Assembly: GCA_001949185.1 (NCBI GenBank) | Contig: BDGG01000010.1 | Coordinates: 28,394-92,393, forward strand | DNA from: Ramazzottius varieornatus | Lineage: Eukaryota; Animalia; Tardigrada | DNA length: 64,000 nucleotides | Direction: 5' to 3' | In this document: in pieces, positions 51,938 through 63,973 of the stretch | How positions within the stretch are numbered: the first letter of the stretch is position 1 | How the letters are laid out: each line of letters opens with the position of its first letter | Translations under genes and position numbers: made by a program | Notes under the pieces: generated by a model | Databases searched by the model: none | The model's input: the letters and a program-made list of their open reading frames with translations, nothing else | Told to the model about the DNA's origin: nothing

Positions 51938-52728
51938 CAGTGTTGTTCCGATTATTGTAATTCGTAATTGAAAATGGCCCAATTTGACGGTTTCGGAATT
52001 CCGATACAACAACTCATTACAAATTCTGGGCTGATTATTTTGATATTAATCGAAATTGAATCGGAATTCCAGGAACTCGATGATATTCTAAGGCATAATG
52101 GAAATCCAAGATATGTTGGTAATCCGAATAATAATCACGGAAAAGCACGCAAAGTGCACGTAGATATCCCGACTTTCCGCCTTGTGAAGCACCGTCAATG
52201 CTTGATGGAGGGACTGATAGTGCGCTGGTGCATGCCACACAGCCGTGCAAGATTAGAATGCGTGCTGCTGCTTTGCGAAGGAGCTGCTGTTCGTCCTTGT
52301 ACGCGCGACCAGCACCCGGGGGGCCTTGCCATGGTTCTGTTTCTCAACTGGGATTCAAGTTCACGCTTATGCGACTTACGGCGGCTCCTTCATAAAGCAC
52401 AACAGTCCGTACTGACGGCAGCCATCGGTACTGGATACCTCGAGAACGACGTATTCTTAGGCAAAATAGCTGAGGGTCATTCTAGACGCTTACCCATTCT
52501 ACGTGTGGTACCGAACAGAAATGCCAGTTTTACGGAGACTGAATTCACAAAACACTATTGCAGTAATTCGGATAATTACAATTGTTGTCGGAAGTCCTAT
52601 TTGAATTAATCGTAATTGGTAATTCAGCCAGAACGAGGCACCTGCAATTTGCAATTGCTGCTGCGTCAGGGATTCCGATTAATCGTAATTGTAATTCAAC
52701 TTGAAAATGTCATATCGGAACAAGACTG
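51938..52728. mobile_element. hAT-type non-autonomous element in an intron
   Basis: CAGTGTTGTTCCGA / TCGGAACAAGACTG termini, degenerate 8-bp TSD (CATCCAGT/AATTCAGT) and GTAATT subterminal repeats. Confidence 0.65.
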
Positions 52729-52917
52729 AATTCAGTTCTCACGACCGGAACGAATCCATTAAATTGAAAATATGACCCATTCTTCTATTCCCTAGATAAA
52801 TGGTGATTATTACCGCGCCAGTTTTAAGGATTTCCGAGTCAGAGCCGGTTTCATGGCCTGGTGGAGCTACATGGCCGGTGCCCGGCATCCCGAAGTGCGG
52901 CTTCGACGGACTGAGCT

Positions 52918-53590
52918 CAGTGATGTTCTAATATAGTAATATTATATTAAAGTAGATGATAGTAGATGTTTTGAGCATCTACTATATTTAGTAATATTTA
53001 GTAAACAGAATTGGGCACCGCATTTCAATATTTATATTTTAGTAGCTTGAAACCGGAAGTGCCATATTTTATTATTATTAAGTTGTCCATCATCCATAGT
53101 AAAATAAACTTTAATACGGGTTAACGCTACCGCTGATTCGAAAAACTGGTTGATTTGCTGAGTTCTAATGCGCGTGCGTTGGTTTCTCGATGTGCGACCA
53201 CGCCTTATAAAGTGCGCCACACCATAATGATGCCTCTACAGCAGTACAGTAAGGCTACTGCAGAATAGATACCCTTGAACATCGTGCACCTGCATACAGT
53301 CTGACACTTCAATCGGCCATGTTACAGTGTGCAGGTGTAGGGTGCAGGCTGTACTACAGTATTTTTGCTGATCTGATGGTTGTGATTCTGAATCTTTAGA
53401 TCTTCCGTCGAGCTCTCCGATATTAATATTTATTTTAATAACAAACCCCCGAAAGTTCTACTATAGTAATATTTTATTAAATCAGGTAGACGTTTTACTA
53501 TAGTGGTGGTCACTTATTAGAACTTTGATGGACGGCGGATATTTGTCTTTATTATATTAGATCTCATTAACCCATATTAGAACATCACTA
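52918..53590. mobile_element. hAT-type MITE inserted into the juxtamembrane exon
   Basis: TIR CAGTGATGTTCTAATAT / ATATTAGAACATCACTA. It separates PKCGFDGL from TICPPTEF and the TM segment. Confidence 0.75.
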
Positions 53591-54769
53591 TCTGAAATAC
53601 TATCTGTCCACCCACAGAATTCTCGTGGAGGACTGGCTGGGCTGCAGGGAGTTCCGTCGTACTCATCACGCTTGCTGGTATCACCTGTGTCTTTTGGAAG
53701 CTAAGGTCAGGCCTTGGACAACTTGCAGGTACCATTGTAACTGTATGTGCGCAATAACCTATCTGTACTTCTGCAGACAACGTGATGGAAGCGATGCGAC
53801 GTGGTGGGTCCTCAAGCCTCTCTATATCACCTGATCTTTGTGGTTTGAACTGCCGAACTCTGTAGGTTGATCTCTTGAATATTAAATAGACAGCGCAGAA
53901 CCGCAACAAAACACACTAGTGCAGGATTATCGAAAAGAGATACACTGGTTTGAAGTCTCATTAGACTGCTCTGCCTCTTTTTTTATTGGAAAAATAGCAG
54001 CGGTCCGTCGCGCAGTTTACGCCTGAGGAAACTCTGTGGCGAAGGAGGAAAATTTTCATTTCCCTGTGACCACCGGAAGTAGCAGCAGAACACCATCATG
54101 AGGCTGAAACAAGATAAGCTTGTTTCGTAGCCGACAGACCACTGGGCCATCAGATAAGCGCGCGGTTTGTCCGTACTTCGCATTCTCCAGTTGTGTCATG
54201 TCGCGGATCTCCAGGCTCTAGAGGCTCTAGGATTCTGTCGGGTTGCCAGTGAAGGTACGAACGTGTCAACGTAAAGCTGAGCTTGGGCATGGGGCCGTAG
54301 GCCAAAAAGATGCACAATTTTGCCAAGCTTTTCGGACTTTCAATTACAGCTCACCTTCTCGGCTTAGCTACTTCGTACACGTATTTTTCATTGCACCATC
54401 GACATCAACGATGTACAGGTTCTTCATGATGTCTGCGAAGCAGTCGCTGACTTATTGAGCCAGTTGAGGAGACCGGAGGGCTTCATTCCAGGTTTCGAAC
54501 AAAATGAAAACGGAGGACAGCTCAGCTGCTTCGTATCTCAGTTTCCCGAGCGGCAGTCGAGCTTCGAATTCCTCACCATCGGGTAAATATGGGGTAACTT
54601 ACCTGTGGGGAGCTGCAACCGAACTTCGGCGAAAGTATTGACTCGGTTTCTGCCTAACTCTGGACCGCATTCCAGCTCTGTAAGACGACACTCGCGAGAA
54701 ACCTGTCCGAAGTTAAGCCATCATGCAGATCGATATAATTCTAACTGAGGTTGTGCTTTATCAAGCGCT

Positions 54770-55158
54770 CAGTCTGAGGGTATTTACCTCTAACCCTCCC
54801 AGGAAAGTCGGGAATAAAATTTAATTTCGTGCAACATCGAAAAAACAGTTCCATTCTACTCAACTCGACACACTCTTCCGAATGAGCCATACATGTTCAG
54901 GGACGAAAATGCTCCTGAAGCGAAATATCGCACATCACGTGACCAAAACATGCAAATTCAAGACGTCATTGAAAACATGTACATGGCTCCTAGGTAACTT
55001 TTTACGGCTAATCCGATGCCCATACTTCCAAGCCAGTCAGAGCATCCGATCACGTGACAATAACATGATTCAGTTTTACGATTCAGTTCTTCTCGTTTCT
55101 ACCTCGCGCATCATGGTTAGGCTCTTCTAGAGGGTTAGAGGTCAGATACCCCAGCCTG
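54770..55158. mobile_element. MITE-like element
   Basis: Imperfect TIRs CAGTCTGAGGGTATTTACCTCTAACCCTC / GAGGGTTAGAGGTCAGATACCCCAGCCTG. No clear TSD. Confidence 0.5.
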
Positions 55159-56879
55159 CTGTGATAGCTCTTTAGTTCCGCTCGTCGAGCAAGGGAACGT
55201 TCTCAGTAGCGCGCCAGGGACCGAAAATTGCGGTAGCCGGAGCATATGGCCACGGAAGTCCAGAAGAAATTCCGATGGCCCGAAAGGTCTCCCCTCAGGG
55301 GCTCAAGGGTGACCATTCTGAACCTTCCAAAAACCCAGGGGAAAACTCGTTTCCACGGTGGGGACCTTCACTAGTCACCGCTCTTTCATAGGGGGCAGAT
55401 CATTCCGCGTTTTCATATGAGAAACGACAAGTTCCGATAAGACGCGTAAAACCTTTTAAAAGAACTAACACGAGAAAGTCAGATCTAGACAAGACAGCCA
55501 TGGAAGACCACTAAGTCTCCCTTCTGGCGGAAAACCGAGCGAGCTATATGGCGTCCAGCAGACCATCCTCGCTGGCGTCCGAGACTTTGGCCTTTTTTGG
55601 GCGAAGGGGTGTGGACTGGCGGGCCTTCCTTCGCCAGTACAGGGCCAAGGCGAGCAGCCGTAAACTAACGAGGTATGCCACAAGCATGCCCCACAAGTAA
55701 GGGTCGTCCATCAGTCCCTTTGGTGGGGCGGTCGTCGTGGTGGACATCGCTGTGGATGGGTGGGAGCAGACGTGGTGGAAGTGGTCTCGGTAGTCGTGCC
55801 GACGTCCGTCGTCCAGTTTCGATACTGCCTAGCAAGCTTGATGTAATTCACTGCAAAGTAAAAAGTATAAGGACGGCGGACGTCGGCACGGCTACCGACG
55901 GAACACCAAACACCACTTCATCACACAGCGATGTCCACCACAAAACGACCACTCACCGCGACGTTCGTAGGACTCAGCCAGTGGGCCATAGCTTCGGCGA
56001 GGGACCCTGTAGTCCATCCTAGTGGGAAGGGAAAGGTAAAGAAGGGAAGAGGAAGTGTCGAGGAAGAGAAATGCGGCGGGAGGCTGCAGGAATCACGGTT
56101 TGGATTAGGTTCGGATAAATTTTGAACAGTGCGCATTGCATTGTGGTGCGCATGCGCACTTTCATGTGCGATGCACACTGCGAAAATTTAATCGAATTTG
56201 GTCTCAAATGATGGCTCTGGGAGGCTCCTTTCGCAGAAAAATACCGCACGAGGTGGACGGGATGCAGCGATGGTTTTACGGTATGAAGATATTCAATCCG
56301 ACTTCAGCGTTCACCGCCTGATTGCTCGTTGGTTTATACGATATGGTTTACTAACTGATCTATCTACAGACTCGATGAGGCTGGCCCTAGTACTAATAGA
56401 CGTTAAGACAGATCATAATTCCGAAATCACAATTGTCGTTGTGTTACAGATTGAGAATAACGTAACTACAATCGTCCAGTTCACACCAGAAAATCGATGA
56501 AATATGTTCTTTGGGAGGGAGCTAGGTCGACGCAACGTTGAACAGTTTATTTGACGTACTAAGGTAGACACCATATATCCTTCAGACCTAATACCGGTAG
56601 TGACCGCCCACTTTTCGTTTTGACGTCATCGCGGTGCTGGTGACGTCACCGTTGAAAATTTTGCTTTTTCAACGCAAATCTATGCAGAACGCGAATCGCC
56701 ACTTTTTTCGAAAAGATAAAAGGATCGCTTTTGGAATAACTTTGTAATGTGTTCAGAGAAGGATATACCATTTATTACTGTCCTTAGAAGGATGACTCTT
56801 GATAAAATTCGGAAAACTGCAGAAGTGCCTTTTGTATTTATATAGGAAGCACATGAGTCTCAGAGTGGTGTTAATGTGA

Positions 56880-57603
56880 TCAGTTAACAGATGGCGGCGG
56901 ACAGGTAAAATTGACCGCTACCACAAACCAGTGTTCTCCTCGTTCATTTGATGTTGCTGTGTTCAAAACAAAATACAATGTTCGACTGGTTCCAACAAGA
57001 AGACATGCCTGTTTGAACAGGGCACCGTTCACGAAATCGAAGTAACTCTTGAAATAAAAGTTCGCATTTATGGCAGACTCCGTCATCATCAGTCGAAGTC
57101 TGAGCAGATCCCTGACTTCGGAGGTCCACAGCCATGTGTTGTTTGTCTCTTTTATGTTACCAAGTTTCTTGGTTTGACTGGTTCGCGCGGTGCTTGTAGC
57201 TCTTTCCAGTTCGGACTGCGTCAACTGGAGTCTCCATGCAGTGTACAGCTGTGCCGCCACGTCAACCGCGATACAGCCGCATGAACAAAAATTTGGCGGC
57301 GTTCGCTGCAGCTGCCTTCTTACTGTGACGCCAGTTCGTTCCATCCAGTCAGCGAGCAGCCCAACGTTGGGACTCCCTCCCCAAAAGTCGACAATCACAG
57401 CTTCGGCGCTCATAGCTGGCTGCTGTGGAGGAACTGACAGTACTGGTTGAATAGAGGGACACCGTTCCTCCAAATTGCCGATCTTGAATCTCAGTGTTCC
57501 TCTGACTGGTAGTTCCTGTGGGACATATACTGCTTTATCCTCAGTCGGCTCCTCCTCGTCGTCGTCTTGCTCCGGTTCTTGGTCGTCTCGAGCTGGCTGC
57601 TGA
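56880..57603 (-). CDS. Open terminal exon encoding a putative cysteine protease domain, downstream of a hAT transposase
   Basis: About 240 uninterrupted codons after a CTAAC...TAG acceptor, with motifs VDFWG, QLQ-x8-CG and FVLNT-x6-GEHW. Confidence 0.6.
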
Positions 57604-57839
57604 CTAATAGGTTAGATAATAATTATACTGTATCCCGTTCGAAATCTGTTCACGCGCAGTTTTTCAGAGTTTGAATTTCGCTCTCAAAGTTTGCCTCGTT
57701 TCACAGATTAGAGAGCCACCGGTAATATAAACTGCTGACTAAGCTCTTGTTCTCGAAATTAGATTATATTGTGTGATGTTCAAGACTGCGTGGTGCGGTT
57801 CAAAGTCTGTCAACACCAACGAGATACAAATAATTATTA

Positions 57840-59781
57840 ACTACCTGTTGTCTCAACAGGTGGATAAAGGACGTAGTACCACGGTCAGTGCGGCACCTAC
57901 GTCCTTTTCAGCATGCTCGGAAGGACGCAGAATCAACGTTGAGGCAGTATCGCCGGTTTCGGTCTTTCTGGCGAGCAAATCCTCAGGTGAGGGTGATCGA
58001 GATGGATATTCTATGCTACCTGTAAACGAAGTAGTCACTGAAGTCTTCCCTGATGGACATCATTTCGAATGAATGGACCAGCGCTGGATACAGTTCCACG
58101 AAGGTCTCGCTGGAAGACGCCATCTCGGTCCAACGCGTCCAAGAGGGGTTTTCGAGCTTCGTTTTCCGAATACCGCGACTTTCTGCCTCTTGCTTTCTGC
58201 CTCTTTGCGGCAATGTTGGTTGTGCTGTCCATCATAAGGACCCACCTTTCGGCTGCACGGATTCTCCTTCCAATTTCCTCTTCCACTTTACGCTTTATGA
58301 TATCGGTGATCTCGTTCTGCATCTCCGATGTACAGTACCCGAGACCATCTTCGTTAGCCGAGCATAAATGCTGCTCTAACGCTATGTCGTTGCTGTGGAC
58401 GGTATGGTACATCAACGCATTGAAGTTACCCTGCCTCCAGTGCGTAGAACGATAAGTCAAATTCTCTACCCAAGGGATGCGGTTGTCGTTTTGTCCACGT
58501 AAAGGTAGACCGCGGCGTCCCAGGAGTAGAACTATTCGAGGCATACTTGTGACACCTCCAATGTGTATGCGTCTGTTGTCAGCAGCTTGATTATGACAAC
58601 CAGAAACTTGCTGCTGTAAGACGTTCGTTTTTTGTCCTGACAGGGTGCTGCAAAACAGAAATATAATTTGGAACTTAATTTTCGACCAAAACAGACCACC
58701 AGATAGAGTCAATGTATTTCTCCAGCGCAGTACCTGAGTTGCATGTTTGCGTCCACCATTGCGACTTTGTGTTCTCCACTTTCCTCATGACTAGGTAAGG
58801 TCTTAGACGCCTTCACAACTCCAAGACGCTGAGTTATTGCGTCCCGATTACCGACCGACTTTCTCAAGGAGGATTACGGTGTACATGGGGTGCGGTAAGC
58901 TCCATTATCGACATATGACCAGCCTAAGAACGGGTGGGCTTCGAGCCTACTAGCTTGAAAATATCTCGCGTGTACTTTCTCCGAACCCAAGACAGCAGGA
59001 TATCGGTAGTTAGCAGGCGGTCTTGGATACTCTCGTATAAGATAACGAAGTTCCTCGAACGTTATTCGGCTAACATCACGACGAACATAACTGCCGTTGT
59101 CGAATATCAGTTGGCCAGCATCGGGCAAATGCACCGGGACGGCAGGCACGACGGCTACTGCGGTTTGTAAGGCAGAAGAGGTCGATGGCTCCTGGTCATC
59201 AGCAAAGTATCTTGTTGGCTGGCATGCCTGCAGGAATTTTTCGGCGTCCGCATCCGTGTCAGTCTCACTCCGCGGAGCTGTGTTGACCTCTGTCAAAGAA
59301 AACCTAATGGAAATTTACGTACAACAGCTAGACGTGAAATAATTACGAAAATATTCTTACTGGACAGATGAAGCTTGTTAAACGTTGGCGGTAGTTGTGG
59401 TCTGTCCGGAGGTTCATTATTTCCACCGGTCTGAGACACCGGCTTCTGCGGACAGAAAGAGCTCATCAAGCTATGTTTCTTGTTCAAAGATGCGCCGCTA
59501 CCGCTGCCTCCCGCATCATCGGGCCGTTTAGCGGAGTTTGGAGCGTTGTAGCAGCCTTCCGGAAGTGATCGCGAGCTCGACCATGCAGCAGACGAAGAAC
59601 ATGTTTCCTCTTCGATCACTCGGACATTCTTCTCTCCCGGCGTCGGGAGGCCATATTCGGAAGTGTTATCCTCCAACCACGTCTGATCGTTACTTCTCCA
59701 CGTCATTTCTTGAAACGGCGACGAGGAACTGACACCGGGAGCCTCACAGGGACCGCAGGAAAAACGGTCATATTTCACCAT
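57840..59781 (-). mobile_element. Degenerate hAT transposase of the ZMYM1/DUF4371 (TTF zinc finger) type
   Basis: RYF..SRLEAHPFLGWS..DNGAY..PC, GRRGLPLRG, GNFNAL, YCTSEMQNEI, MMDSTT and TRW motifs, with stops, frameshifts and internal deletions. Confidence 0.8.
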
Positions 59782-60470
59782 TTTTTCGATTCACCCCGGT
59801 AAAGTGGCGGACGGCTACAGTACAAATTTCAGCGATACCGCGCCACTTTTAGAATTTACGAACAAAAATCCGAAATATTCCCCTGGCTTGCCCCCAGACC
59901 CCCCCCCTCTTTGGCTACCGATAGGGTACAAAAATCCCGGTAGCCATTTTTACTGGTTAGAGCACAGAATCGCGGGAGCCACGGCTAACGGAAACACTGT
60001 GTGGCGCGTCTGTGAACGTGCTCATATAATTCAACCAGTGGACGTACGAGGTAAAGGATGTAAACTTAGCCACCCCATTCGGGTTTGTAAAGTTAGCCAC
60101 GGCTGCAGCGTCTGTCGCTTGATTGACTATTCGATTGTCAGTCTTGGCTTTTTAACATGAGTTTTAGCGTTCTTTTAATTGCGGATCTCTTGGATTCTCT
60201 GACTCCTCGCGTTGACTGTACCTAATACTATTCGCCAGCTCATTACTTTATCTATCGATTTATTCTTGAAAGTTTGGGATTGAGTAGTAGAGAACAGGCG
60301 AACTTAGACGGCTAACTGTACAAACCCGGTATGGGGCGGCCAACTTTACGACCTTTCCCTCGTAGGGCTTTTCGGGTTCTCGATTGCTCCAACCGAAAAT
60401 GACATCCGGTAGTCCACGGACCGAAACACGTAAAAGATCGTCGTAAAGCAGCATCAGAGCATTACTTACG

Positions 60471-61660
60471 ATGGACTTGCAGACCGGAAGAGCCGCTTGC
60501 AAGACGGCAGCGCAGTGGGTCTGGAAGAAGCTGTGGAAGAGTCGCGATCACGCCGACTTCGCTTTCTTCGCCAGTGACGGAAGTGAGATCAAAGTCCATA
60601 AGCTGCTGCTGGTCACTTATTCTCCTGTCATGAAGGCTATTTTTCACCCATTGGCAGTTGAAACACACAAGCTGACGAGAACGAAAAGCCGGAAGTCGCG
60701 GAAGACAAAGGAGAAACGGCGACGGTGGACGACGTCCTCGCAGCCTTCCGCCGCTTCTCCCGCAGTGAAGTGTCCTCTTTCCTGGAACTGATGTACACCG
60801 GAGAGTCTTCTGGGGTCGATGGCTACATCACAGCCATCTACCATCTGTCCAAACTTCTCAAGGTAGGGGAAAGAAAACTAGAACATCTGACGCAGAACTT
60901 GTTGCATGCCTGCAGCGAGTAGATTGTTGGTTAGGAGAGAATTCTAGCGCAATGCAGTCTTGTGTCTTTGTTGTGGAAAATCAATCAATATTTAACATGG
61001 AGCAATCACTGCTTGTCACTACTGTGGTTGTTCATCAATCAGGAACCAAGGCACATGCTGAGACGTCAGTACTAACGAGTTTTTCTGGTGATACAGACAT
61101 TAAGTTGCCACCGCCAGACGAAAGTCCCACTGTAGCTAAGATGAGTTGCAACGTCACTCATAAGCGCAGCAGCTGATCAGAACTTTGAATAGTTGGGCAG
61201 CCACCATGCTTCCCAATGCTAGCCAACCGAATTTCCGATTTCGCCATTTTTCGAAAATGAGGGGAGCTCCGGAAAGCAAAATGTAGTTACACGTCACGAA
61301 AGGGGCGGAGCAAGGCCGTAGCTACAGTTGCAAAGTGAACGGGAGTGGCAACTTAATCTCTATAATGATTGGCCGTTAGGCTGTCATATTGGTCTGAATC
61401 GACTTCTTTTTCCTTGTTTGCAGGTGGCCGACGTCTTGGAGCTGATTCAGTTCTGTCTGCGTCACCGTCTGCAGTTGTTCAATGGTCTGGATGCCTTAGT
61501 CCTGGCCACCGAAGTGAAAGACGATTCTCTTCAGTGGGGTGTCGAGAAGTACTTGGTCGAGCGACGCTGAAGAGTAATGGGTTCCAGTAAGTGGGCAGCC
61601 TTTAAAGAACAGCTCCCTGATATCTACGTGAGTCTCCTGGAGAAGATGGCTTGCGCTTGA
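60471..61660 (+). pseudogene. BTB/POZ pseudogene, paralog of 313-1217
   Basis: ADFAFFASDG.EIKVHKLLL..YSPVM and FLELMYTG, with the same phase-0 intron position (60863-61423). Frameshift near 60650 and premature TGA at 61568-61570. Confidence 0.8.
61094..61362 (-). mobile_element. ~270-bp MITE, copy 2, in the BTB pseudogene intron
   Basis: Reverse complement of 11107-11375 with few differences. Confidence 0.85.
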
Positions 61661-62452
61661 AAGAGCGACGAGGTTCTGCTCCGTTAGAAGTTTTGATGAA
61701 GTGTATCTGCTTTGGTTGTTGTTTCCTCCTCTTTTATGGTTCATTTCGATTACCTCTGTACTTTCCCCTTACCTTACTGCGGTACTGTAGTGCAGTATTT
61801 TGGATCGGTGTTTTTACTTTGGGTTCTCGTTTGCTAACCATACGCATGGCTGCTTTGTAGCTGTCATGTCCTTGTCGGACGGTCTCATCGGGAAACGGTT
61901 CTGTAGTTTCCTGTTGAACTCAGATTTATATGAGATTTTATTGGTTATCTGGTCAGAAACCCATGGCACCACCAAAATACGTGCTGATCGTCCCAAAAGT
62001 CGAAGAAAATTCGTGGAAAATACAGTGGTTCGAAAAACAAGTTCGAGACGAACTTTGTAAGACATCGTCGCAGGCCCATCAGTAAAGGGGATTGATACGC
62101 GGCACGTTCTCTGCAGGGCAAGGGGTAAAAAGTCGAAGCGAACTAAAATCAGTGTCCAGTGTCCGCTCAAGTTCTCATCAGCTCGGCATGCAGCAGCACA
62201 GGAAAAGAAACTAAAAACGTATGTTCGCTCAACGGAGCTCAACGCTCAACCAATATAATGATACAGAATTCTAATTTTGGAATCCTTCAATCACAATCAG
62301 GGGGGGGGGGGTGTATTTCTGATGGTTGCGCCACGTTGTCGAGGTACGAAAAAATTTTAGTTGAGAGGTGATCCTTTGGTTGGTTTGTTAGGTTACATTG
62401 AAATTCGTAAAATTGTACCCAGAGACCACATCTCTGATTGGGTATGCAGTTA

Positions 62453-62761
62453 CTAGACGACCATGTCAGGGTACCCCAGGATATTGGCTCGTATAAGGCC
62501 AACCAGCTGGTTGAGGTCCGAGCGGCTGAGGCGGAAGTTGGCGCCGGAAGTCAGCGTGACGTCCACTGGGTTTTTCATCATGTTGGCGTTGAGCGAGTCC
62601 GCCATCGATGGTGCTTCTCCCGAGCGTTTTCCTGGTGTCCACCCTTTGCTGAACTGAAACTGCTGGGCGCTGGTCAGCTCGTGAGAAAGAATCAGCAAAC
62701 CCAGAACGCACATTGGCATCACCAGCCGCCATGCATTTGGAAGAGCCATCGGAAAAACCAT
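62453..62761 (-). CDS. Corazonin-like (GnRH/AKH/CRZ superfamily) neuropeptide precursor
   Basis: Signal peptide ending TSA, followed immediately by QQFQFSKGWTP-GKR. Predicted product is pQQFQFSKGWTP-amide. Confidence 0.9.
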   Translation of the reverse strand: MVFPMALPNAWRLVMPMCVLGLLILSHELTSAQQFQFSKGWTPGKRSGEAPSMADSLNANMMKNPVDVTLTSGANFRLSRSDLNQLVGLIRANILGYPDMVV

Positions 62762-63525
62762 GGTGAAAACCTCGTGAAAACTCAGACCCTAAAACTAAAA
62801 ACCAAAGCTATGTCTCGGGATCGGCTAAGGTCACAGCAAGCTCACGATGTTACAGATGGGCAATTTCAGGTACGAAAGGAATATTACTTGATGGATCTGT
62901 ATTGTGAGGATTCGGTTATTTTATACTGTTTGGTTGGAGTATCCTGTTCAACGTGAACGTCAGGCGGAGACCTGCGTGTGAAACTATGATTAGTTTTCTG
63001 GAGGCAAGGTGGTCCTGTGAGACCAATTACTCTGCGTCCACGAGAAATTAACCGCAAGTAATTTGCAGGAGATTATGGCCTCTTCGCCGACAACCCAGTC
63101 TTGTCCGTAGAAAACCGATGAGGATCATTTTTCACGCTGTTACGAGTTTCACTCGGTCAGAATAATGCGTGCCGACAATCATTCCGATGCGCTAGTCCAC
63201 TGAGAATTTCGCGCGTCTCATACCACCACATTTGGACATCACAAAACCTAGCCACGTAACCACGCTATCAATAGCACCCACTAATGTTCATGACCACAAC
63301 GACCTCCCTTCCCAGAAAACAAAATTACTCCGCAGTAAATTAACTGACCAATTATTTGCTGCGAAAGCAGAACGTAAGCTGAACCCCATGATTGTGAAAA
63401 TATTTCAAAAATGGCAAATAAGGCTAGGAAAAACGTCGAAGAAAGCGAACTACTCCAAAGAAAGCCAAAAGTTCCATCAGAGATACTCATAACAAAATAA
63501 TTTGAGAGCGAGAGATACTCAACCG

Positions 63526-63828
63526 TTACTTCCTCGCTCCTCGAACACGTCCTCGAGTGGTAGCTCGTGCTCGTGGCGTCGCTGTTCCACGAGCCGTGCT
63601 GTTGCTTCGTACGGTACTGGGCGTCTTGGTTTGGGACGAGCTGGCCGAAGAAGGTATTTCGATCTCGGGCGAGGACGCATAGCTGGCTCGGGTGGTCGCT
63701 GCAGCGCCTCGAGCTGCTCCTCTGGCTCCACGAGCACGCCCACCTCGAGCTCTGGTAGTAGCCACACCGCGACCACGTCCGTTGGCGGTACCGTTAGCTG
63801 GTGGCATCTCTTCGTCTGACTCATCAAT
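63526..63828 (-). CDS. RG-rich (GAR-like) low-complexity exon of a gene extending past the window
   Basis: Acceptor TTTTTGCAG followed by IDESDEE..GRGRG..RGGRARGARG. Identity not established. Confidence 0.6.
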   Translation of the reverse strand: MDESDEEMPPANGTANGRGRGVATTRARGGRARGARGAARGAAATTRASYASSPEIEIPSSASSSQTKTPSTVRSNSTARGTATPRARATTRGRVRGARK

Positions 63829-63902
63829 CTGCAAAAAGACGAAATGGAAATGGAAATGCAAAACGAAAGAAAGATATGAAAGCTCGGCCACAAAACTCCA
63901 TC

Positions 63903-63973
63903 AAGACGTTTTGTTGAGTGGCGCACGCTTTCATTACAATTTGCTGATAGCGCGCGCCACTTCAACAAACCTT
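63903..63973. repeat. Intronic copy of the GTGGCGCA hairpin repeat
   Basis: TTTGTTGAGTGGCGC...GCGCCACTTCAACAAA. Confidence 0.75.

Larger units (their letters stand above)
49736..53834 (+). pseudogene. ANF-receptor (natriuretic peptide receptor-like) ectodomain, TM and short tail, without kinase or cyclase; disrupted
   Basis: ILQYFNWTSIVII, FYSRTF, WPGG..P..PKCGFDG, TM (GSSVVLITLAGITCVFW) and last exon QRDGSDATWWVLKPLYIT*. Internal stops near 51.0-51.5 kb and an exonic MITE. The 5' end is uncertain. Confidence 0.7.

Noticed and set aside
51968-52609. 213-aa ORF
   Set aside because: It lies inside a non-autonomous element and is built partly from AATT-rich subterminal repeats.
61568-61570. 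In-frame TGA as selenocysteine or readthrough
   Set aside because: It aligns to Gln rather than Cys in the paralog, and the gene also has a frameshift.
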